A DNA stretch of 64,000 bases from Nageia nagi. Taxonomy: Eukaryota > Plantae > Pinophyta. Under the pieces are notes generated by a model that searched no databases, was not told the origin of the DNA, and saw only the letters and a program-made list of their open reading frames with translations. Positions 55,201-64,000 of this stretch are shown piece by piece. Position 1 is the stretch's first letter. Each line of letters begins with the position of its first letter. The translations under genes and the position numbers were made by a program. Where the stretch lies: assembly GCA_050084985.1 (NCBI GenBank), contig JBITNC010000001.1, positions 54,994,001 through 55,058,000 of the forward strand, read 5' to 3'.

Positions 55201-55330
55201 TTTAATCCTGAGTATCTATTTTCATAGTTTGTAAAGAACTAACTTGCTCTTGTTGGATTGCATGTACATCAAGAAAGGTACTGGGCTTATTGGTTGCTTT
55301 GAATAACCTATGGATTAGATTATTGCTATT
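52250..55330 (-). pseudogene. Second decayed accessory-ORF-like remnant, convergent with the one at 48249-49700
   Basis: KVNFSNDIITWLSHSYKPKRRAFFYINGRKVFPFRVEDFRRVF-like segment (~54945-55075), followed by ORF-track pieces 54669-54863, 53389-53901 and 52312-52620. Confidence 0.45.
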
Positions 55331-55994
55331 TTTTGGTTTCTTCCCTTTTTCATGTTCTAATCAATATTCAAAATGAAATTTTGAAGTACACACAACTATT
55401 CGTTAATGATGATATCTATCTTCTTATTTCTAGGAAGCCATTACATCTGATACAAAATACAATATAAATTTTATTTTAAATCCCTATGGTAAAAAATGAA
55501 TGGTATGTTGTAAATATGTTATTTGGTTTCGTTAAAAAAATATAGATAAACTAAATAATAATTACATATTCTATGAATTGCAAACCTTAAATAGAAAACC
55601 ATAATTATGCATATTCTATGAATACAAACCATAAATAGAAAACCCTAACTCTAGTTATTATATTAAATTCAAATACTAAATAGAAAACCTACCTCAGAAT
55701 CCTTAGCAAATTTTGTTGTATTTGACTCATCTGAATGATCCCTAAATTATTCAATGACACTTGAATTACTTCAACGATGATCAACTTACTTTAGAAATGA
55801 TTGAATTCTTTAGTGATACCTACCTTGAGTTAGGTGCCATCAAATTAACTCATTGATCACTTCCTTCCTTTAGAGATGATTGTATTTCCTTTGAGATGCC
55901 AAACTAACTTCTTGAATGCTTAACTTGCTTCAAGGATGGCTAACTTGGTCTTAGATTTCTCAGTGGAAATTTGTAAAACTTGGTTATGCTAAGA

Positions 55995-57544
55995 AAATAA
56001 TAATCTTTTGTGGCTTTATAGTTTAATGTTTGGATGCATTAAATGCGATAACACTTAGCATCAATATGTGCAAATTGTGTCATTAAAGTCATTGATCCTT
56101 TGAATATAGACTTGAGTTGATTTACTTTTTGCCTTTAATTAATTAAATATTTATAATATTAGTGATACCTTCATCACTTTTAAAGCTCTTTAATGAAGTT
56201 GAATATCTTTTAAACTACCCAATTATGTTTAATGAAGCCTAATAATATGTCATGAAGCCTAAAGATGCATGATGAAGCATGATAATATGCCATGAAGGAT
56301 GATAATACTAAAGCTCAACAATCTTTCTTAAATCTTTACAATATGCCATGAAGCTCAAGGATGCATGAGGAAGCCCAAAAATCTACTATGAATCCTGATA
56401 ATGCATGATGAAGCTCAACAATATGCCATGAAGATCGATAATGTATGATGAAGATTGATAATCTACCATGAAGCTAGACACTATGCCATGAATCCCGATA
56501 ATGCATAAGGAAGCTCAACAATCTGCTATGAATCTCAATAATGCATTATGAAGCTTGATAATATGCCATGAAGCTTGATAATATACAAGGATGTTCGATA
56601 ATGTATGAGGATGCCGACAAGGTTCCTTGAAGACTGATAATGAATGCAAAAATGAATCTAGCAAGCATGTATGCACAAAAAAATGGGAAAATGTTCAACC
56701 AAGATGGATGATTTAGATATAGATTCATGTAAAGGTTGTAGAGAAACTTAAGCATGTATAATTATCATATGTAAAGCCAAACTCTACAACCATTTTCACT
56801 ACTCTTCTAGCATACAAATGATGTTGTGGTTTTGAATGCCTTGATAGCCACATATGCCAAATATATAAGAATTCATAAATCCTGAGGAAATGTTCAACCA
56901 AGATACATGATTCAATCATAGATTCATGGAATACAATGATTGTAGGATATGTAATTCATGACTACATAAAGGATTACACTAAAAATCTTTGGTATACATG
57001 ATGTAGACATAATATCATGGAAATGCAATGATCTTGAGAATATGCACAAAATAATTTTTCTAGATAAATATAAGTATGTAAAATTGTTAGATGCGAAGCC
57101 AAACTCTACAATCTTTGCCACTACTCTTCCAGCATTCAATCAATGTTATTATTTTGAATGCCCTAAAAATGTTCAATAAAATGCATGATGCAAACACAAA
57201 TTCATGGAATGTAAAGATTTTAGGATATGCAATTCATGGATTCCTCACACATTATCAAGCTTCCTCATGCATTATTGGGCTTCATGGTAGATTATCGAGC
57301 TTGATCATGCATTATTGGGCTTGCTTATGCATTTTCAATTATGCATGAAAGAGAGTTAAAAGTGGTGAAGGTATCAATAATGTTATAAAGGTTTAATTAA
57401 TTAAAGGCAAAAAGTAAATGAAGTTGACTCTTTAATCAAAGGATTAGTGACTTTAATAACATAATCTACACATATGGATGCTAAGTGATTCAACATTTAA
57501 TGGGTGTAAAGCTTTAACTTTAAACACACAAAAGATTATTATTT
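55995..57544. repeat. Fold-back structure: ~190-bp inverted arms enclosing 20-bp repeats and PPR fragments
   Basis: 55995-56190 is the reverse complement of 57350-57544 (TTTACTTTTTGCCTTTAATTAATTAAA vs TTTAATTAATTAAAGGCAAAAAGTAAA). The loop contains VKPNSTT-type and SWN motifs. Confidence 0.8.
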
Positions 57545-58635
57545 GGATTCAATAGCAGGTAACTATGCAAGAAAAAAAGATACATAAAGCCTAGGAAATA
57601 TTTAACAAGATGCATGATTAAGACATAGTTTCATGGAATGCAATGATTATAGGATATGCAATTTATGGCTTCATATTTTGACCATTGCACATACTAGAAT
57701 AATGCTGACAAGTGTTATAGAGTTTGGATTCACATCTAACAATTACATCTTTTTGAAACTCTATATACCATATCCATAAAATTGTGTCTACATCATGCAT
57801 AATGGCATCCTTTATAAAGCCATTAATTGCATTATTGGTACCCATAAAACCCTATATTGTAATGATTTATTTCCTTACAAATATTATATCAAAGAGTTTA
57901 AAGTATCATAATGATTGATTTCCATACATATCATTGCATTCAACATTATTGAATTTTTTTGATGTATTTTCTTTATGTATCTTGTAATCATTGCATGCTA
58001 GGAAATTACTAATGTTCAAATAAATGCAACCATAAAATTACAATAATGTTCATCACAAGTGCATCCAATATTCATAACAAAATTTAATAATGTTTACATG
58101 TCATTGTATTGCAAGTGTCCAACAAAGACATATACATGCAAAAAAATAGCATACACAATATTTACAAGATATATCAAATTACAAGTCTTGGAATCAATGT
58201 ATCATAAATAAAAATATTCAACAAACTACAAGCAACACTTCCATTTCCACCATATGAAACTATTGTAGAAGTATCCTCATTGGGTTATTCTCTTTTCCAT
58301 AGCCCCTTTTGCAATCAATGTACAAGATCCTATTTCCATTGTACAACCAAGTGAAACATTGGACTTATACCAAACTATTCTTTTTGTTTAATTGATTTTG
58401 ATAGCTGGAGGAGTTATCCCCAAGATAGGTATATATCTAGATCTAAGCCCTTCTTCATTCGTAGTGATCCTTTCTTATTCTTTGCTTTGTTTAGTATGTA
58501 ATTGCCTTGAATTGTATAAGTCTTATAACAACATTATTATGAAGAATACAATTCATATTGAAGAATATGAGTCATAAAAATCATTTACATGAACAACAAG
58601 ATTCATAATTGATCAAGAGTAAGATAAAGACCTAC

Positions 58636-59532
58636 CTATTTTCTATATCCTCACATGCTGTGAGAGAGAATTCAATGACCAAATGCTAAGTTAGTTGGAG
58701 GTCATTTATTATTCTAGCTTTCTATTCAATCAACCAATCCTACACACATTTCTTAGTTAGAAACATACTGAAGTATAATTTGCAACACTCCTTACCTCTA
58801 CATATTAGTTTATAGGGATTCTCAACATTTTGTCTTTTCCTTGTCCAACACTTCCATTTCTTGGTTAAATTTAAATATAATTGGTTTTTTGCAATCCTCA
58901 TGCTGGATATAACCAAGGGTATCAATAATATAACACACATTTTCTTTAACAACCATATTGAAGAAATGGTTAGCCCATGCAACTATGTAAATCCTTGGTG
59001 TATTTGATACTTCATCCCATATTTTTACAAATGTATTTTCCTCTTATATTTTGAATTTTACCAAGTTTCCCTTTGGATTAAGTACACCATGTTTGGATAT
59101 TGTAAATTCTACAGTTAGAGGAGTTATTGTATGATTTAAAACCAAGTCCAAATCAAATTGTCCATCTAGAATTTTTTTACTCAAAGATGGAATCAATTTC
59201 ATCATGTTCCATTCTTGTTTAATAAATTGGCCAAATTATTTTAGATTAGACAACAAAGTATGATTTGCATCCAACCAATTAGTGATGAGTACATAACAAA
59301 TTGAACAAGCACCTTCCTCATCAACACTATCACTTAGCTGGTCTATCAATGCACAAAATACATTTGTTAGAAGTCACTTTATCATATCTATACTGGTAAA
59401 TTCATGTTGATACCATCTGACCATACCAACTCCATGGTGATCACCATAATATTCCCCTATAGGTTTTTGTGCTCCCTCAGTATGCATGGGATAGATTGGA
59501 GGTTGGAATATGACAACATCACCCTCATTATC
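58636..59532 (-). pseudogene. Copy 2 of the At3g11760-like C-terminal domain, as one exon
   Basis: RWYQHEFTSID..TNVFCALIDQLSDSVDEEGACSICYVLITNWL..DGQFDLDLVL..PLTV..KIWDEV..YIVAWANHFFNMVVKENVCYYIDTLG..FKFN../ICRGKECCKLY..LVIEFSLT. A few stops and one frameshift. Acceptor at 59533-59534. Confidence 0.82.
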
Positions 59533-59769
59533 CTATTTTTATGCATATAACCTATTAGATTATATGAAATATTCTATGTAATGGACTATATTGTCTACTT
59601 ATAGATGAATAAGAATATATGTAATATAATATAAGATGAATTAAAGTTGAATATTCTAAGTAAATTTCATTTCTCACAATTTGAAAAGGATTATATCCTT
59701 TTAAAGTAAAAAAATATATTTACAAATTCATAATTTTATTATCTAACTACTACAAAATAAGATGCTCAC

Positions 59770-60420
59770 CTGCTCCTTTAACATTTTTACTTCTGATCCA
59801 TTTTCCTCATGCAATGTCCTTTATGTACCTTATTGTGACCATTTGGTTGTGTCTAGAACATATTGTTATGGGAACCATCCTCCTTGGTGACCATTTAGAC
59901 ATCCCTATTTGACCCTTCCATCCTTTGGCTACATAGGGGAACCTAATAAGTATTCAACATACAATACTAGGACCATCTTGGTTATCAATTTAGATTATTT
60001 GATTTTGACACATACAAATTAAATGGTTGAGAACCATTGATTTTAGCCCTTTGCAGTTCATATCACCTAGTATTTTACACCTAAAAGTTAACAAGCATTT
60101 TGCAATAAATTAGTCTCCCATATCATAAAACCCCCAACTACTTCTCCCATTGTAGTAGCATCTCCATCAGGTATGGGTAGCTCCTAATCATCCAACTCAA
60201 ATATCATCACTTGTATCAAAACATGTCCCTTTTTGATCATTTTGCCATGAAACTTATTAGTAGGATCATCATTGTGCACACTCCCATAACCCACTATTTG
60301 GCTATTAAGATGGAGAAGATGCACCTTTTGTCCCTTTTTAATGTCCTTTGTGTCAACCTCAAATAACCTTGTCCCTTTATTAATTGTTTTTATATGATTC
60401 AATCTTTATATTTTTTTCTT
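59770..60420 (-). pseudogene. Upstream exon with a Tnp1/En-Spm-type (DUF8039-like) beta domain
   Basis: VHLLHLNSQIVGYGSVHNDDPTNKFHGKMIKKGHVLIQV..ELPIPDGDATTMGEVVGGFMIW. The donor CAG|GTGAGC at 59770/59769 is phase-compatible with the 59532 exon if read as phase 0. Confidence 0.65.
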
Positions 60421-61189
60421 TCCTCTAGCTCATAATCTTCAAGGTCTTTTAAGATGTCATTATTTGCTATTTATAGAAAATTTTCATGTCTACAGACATT
60501 GTTCTACCAATACTATTCTTCCAATCAATCTATAACATTTACTATTATATTATGACTTAAGCACCTTATTTATATATTTTCTTTCAGCTAATATTTTTTA
60601 GATTGTACCTGGATGGCTTATAAATGCCATCAATTGGCCTCCTACCTCTTGGTAGATGAGGAACTAGTGGAGCACCTTTATGAAATAAACTCTTATGCTC
60701 ATTTAACCTTTGAATATCAACCTCTCATTTTGCATTGAAAAATGCACAATCACAAGAAAGTAAAATTATTATATCCTATTATGCTTCCTAATTGCTTCCC
60801 ATTCTCTTGAAACACCATCTATGTAAACCTCTTTATAGTCATGTACCCATTGCAACACTCTATATTCATCAACGATAAGTTGTAAGTGGTCTTGTACATT
60901 ATCCTGTAATGAACATTGCAAGTATCACTATTTTTATCAAGAGTTACAACAATACATTCAACATATATACATTTAGTGCACCCATAAAATAATAGAAAAT
61001 TAGATGTGTAGTATCTGGTACATACCATCCTTAGTTGAGATTTTTCAATAAAACACTTCAAACAACTAAGACCAATAGAGTCCCAATTAGTATCTAATAT
61101 TTATTTTAAGGTAGTTTATGATTCATGGAATTTGTATGGAATGCAATGATTGGAGGATATTAAATTCATGGCTAAAGTAAGGACATCTA

Positions 61190-61985
61190 AGAATGCATAA
61201 GGAATCCTAACATTTATTATGGAAGCTCAAAAATGTATGAGGATGCCCAACAATATACCATGAAGCTCGAAAAATATACCATGAATCCCTACAATGTACC
61301 ATGAAGCCTTATATTGTACCATGAAGCTTGATAATATTTCATGAAGGTTGACATTATAAGATGAGTCCTGATAATCATAAGTAAAGGCCTATAATCTCTT
61401 TCAAGGAATTAATGGAATGCATACAATATACATGAAATCCTTTGATTTGCATAATGCAAATACAATATCATGAAATTCAATGACCTTGAGGATATGCAAA
61501 AAATAAGTTTTATAAAAAGCATCTATACACTTTTAAGAAGATACAATTGTAAGATCCAAATCCAAACTCTGCAACCTTTTCCATCATTATTCCAGCATGT
61601 GCCATCATGGGAGCTCTATAAGAAGTTATGGACATTTGTCAAAGAGATGTTGTGAATGGTTTTGTATCATATGTTATCATTATGAATGCCCTAATAGGCA
61701 TGCATGAAAAATGAGGGAGAATACATAAAACCCAAGAATTATTTAATAATATGACTGATGCATACACATTCTGATGGAATGCAATGATGGGAGGATATGC
61801 ATGTTATGATGTAAACAAGTTTCATGGATTGTAATGTTCACATGATATGCCTTAAATGGATATGTTGAAAGGTTTGTGAATTATTTGACAAAATGCCTCA
61901 TTGAGATATAATCTCATGGACTATAATGATCCCAAGATATGCACTAAATGGGTTTTCTAAAAAGGCTATATAAACTTTTAAGATA
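61190..61985 (+). other. 20-bp repeat array followed by a decayed multi-motif PLS-PPR fragment
   Basis: PNSATFSIIIPACAIMGAL*EVMDICQ..NALIGMHEK*GRIHKTQELFNNM..WNAMMGGYA..ELFDKMPH*DIISWTIMIPRYALNGFSKKA. Confidence 0.85.
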
Positions 61986-62559
61986 TGAATAATGAGGATG
62001 CCCAAAAAGGATGCATTTAAAAATCAAACTCACTACAAGGGTTTTTTCAAGATTAAGAATAATTAAAATAATGAGGATAAATGAAAATGTTGTGGTTCTA
62101 AATGCAAATACATCAAGGATACCTTAAAAAATTAAGAAAATATGTCTAAACTACAAGCAAGGATGCCCTTCATAAATATACTCGCTATAAGGGTTTTAAG
62201 AATATAAAGAACAAATAAAACTATAGCGACATCAATGAATGTAAATATTGTGATAAACTAACACCACAATGATGCTTGAACTACAAAGCAAGGATATCCT
62301 TGAAAAATATACTCAATACAAATAAGGGGTTTTTGAACATGAAGAAAGAAATAAAACAACATTTTTTACAAGCAACAAGGGTTTTTTGAATATGAATAAG
62401 GAAATAAAATAACAATTTTTACAAGAAATGAGGGTTTTTTTTCCACATACCAAGGGGTGTTTACTGCATGTTAGGGTCCTTGTACTGGTCGAGAGATCCT
62501 CATATTGGAAAAGTCAAAGGGAAATAATTAATCAATCAAGTTTTGTAGTGATGGGGGTT

Positions 62560-63043
62560 TCTTTGATTAACTTGTGTTAATATGATTATTATAAAGGATA
62601 AATAATAATTATTAAATAAAAATTCAATCTACCAATTAAATTGGATGCAATGTTAGTTGGTTGGTAAACATTTATGAGGGTTAATTGAACTTCATTTATG
62701 CAAGTTAAACAAATTTTGGTTAACTCAAAAATATTGCATGTATGATAAATGCCCAAGATTTAAAAAAAAACATAAACACCCAAAGTTAAGGATTGTTGGG
62801 TTAATTGAACTCTATTTAGATTTTATAAATGAATTTTGATTAAATCTATGGAGCAACATAATTAGGAGATGCTGAAAATGCATAAATACCCAGGTTTAAA
62901 TATTTCATAAATGCTTAGGTTTAAATTAGAGGAGTGGGACAATCAAATAATGAAGTGGAGGAGCAAAGGCTATAAATGTCCAAAATAAATACCATTAAAT
63001 CTATGCATTTATAACCAAATTTGAAGGAAGAATAGCCTATCGC
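62560..63043 (-). repeat. Right long terminal inverted repeat
   Basis: ATAAATGTCCAAAATAAATACCATTAAATCTATGCATTTATAACCAAATTTGAAGGAAGAATAGCC ending at 63037 pairs with 29237 onward. Confidence 0.85.
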
Positions 63044-64000
63044 TATATAAATGTTATATATGCCTAAAAATAATTTATTATTTATTTAATAAATCATATT
63101 TAGACTCTTAAATGACTTATTGCAATATTACAAATGTTAAGATAAAGTTGATATTACAATGCAATACCATGTATTATATTAAATGCTATACTATTTACCA
63201 TGGTTCATATTTTAAAGTATCTTGAACACAACAATGATTATATTATTACTAGAGGTCGACCTTCACTTCTTTGTATACCTTTGTAGGCTATATATGCAAG
63301 TGGAATAGGTTGACCTCCACATATCAAAATTCTTTAATAGGATAAGATCTTTGATAAGCAGTTGTCTACCACAATCTTCATCAACCAATGATGTCTCTTG
63401 ATACTGCCTATTATGAGATTCTTATACTTTGAGCTCTGAAACTTTCTATCTTTGGTGCACTTTATAATTCTACATATTCAATGATATTAACAACATGCAT
63501 ATTTATGATTCAAGGTTCTAGATTTTGGTGGTTGAGGTTATTGATTCATATATGTGAATATCCATCACAAGCTTAGCTCCAATATGATCCTAATCCTTTG
63601 AAGATTCATTACCATTTACCTTTGAGGATTGTACATACACTTCATACTAGGTGTATGATTTTCATGTCTATTTATTGTATCTGATACAATGTATATATCT
63701 ATTTCTTATATTGTAGATCATTTATAAATTGTATTTTACATAATTTAGGGTCTACATTTTGGTGAACCTGACATTATTACACACCTAGATTCCATTCTAG
63801 AGCATCCTTTATTAGGAGTTATGAATCCATTCAAGTTATTATCTCTTCCCTTACCTTTGATGCTTAAAGTAATAACTCAAGAAAATGATAAAACTAGAGT
63901 TTGTTCTGCCTATATTCCAAATATGAATTTGAATAAAGAATAACCTAGGGCTTCTAAAAGTAAGGTCCATTTTGATGAGATTAGGAGAAGTATTAGGATT

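Larger units (their letters stand above)
29231..63043 (+). mobile_element. Putative giant (~34 kb including nested insertions) Mutator-like DNA transposon
   Basis: Long inverted repeats at both ends, an internal MULE transposase, and repeat families shared across the interval. The 9-bp flanks AATAAAAAA and TATATAAAT match at only 6 of 9 positions. Confidence 0.65.

Noticed and set aside
63050-64000. Right flank as the continuation of the ORF remnant left of 29231, which would prove a single insertion
   Set aside because: Too decayed to establish continuity by eye.

Overview
Eukaryotic plant DNA, very likely a gymnosperm (inferred from the KPNSTTF-type PPR motifs and the retroelement families). 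I found no intact protein-coding gene. 4.7-20.3 kb (minus strand) is a dead chloroplast-type NAD kinase (NADK2) gene with stops and frameshifts. It is interrupted by a full-length LINE at a 3' splice site, a solo LTR inside an exon, a gapped LTR-derived insertion inside the large exon, and several tandem duplications. 21-29 kb holds decayed LINE, Copia and retro-accessory-ORF debris. The main finding is 29.2-63.0 kb. It is bracketed by long inverted repeats and looks like a ~34 kb Mutator-like (MULE) element. It contains a spliced DDE transposase of the At4g13970/At1g60560 type. It also carries two divergent, decayed minus-strand copies of a Cys/His domain matching the uncharacterised C-terminus of At3g11760-type proteins (possible papain-fold protease/deubiquitinase), one of them apparently joined to a Tnp1-like domain. 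Further contents are PPR gene fragments, motif-rich repeat arrays and a nested full-length chromovirus. All homology calls come from manual translation and recalled family motifs, not database searches. Boundaries marked ~ are approximate.
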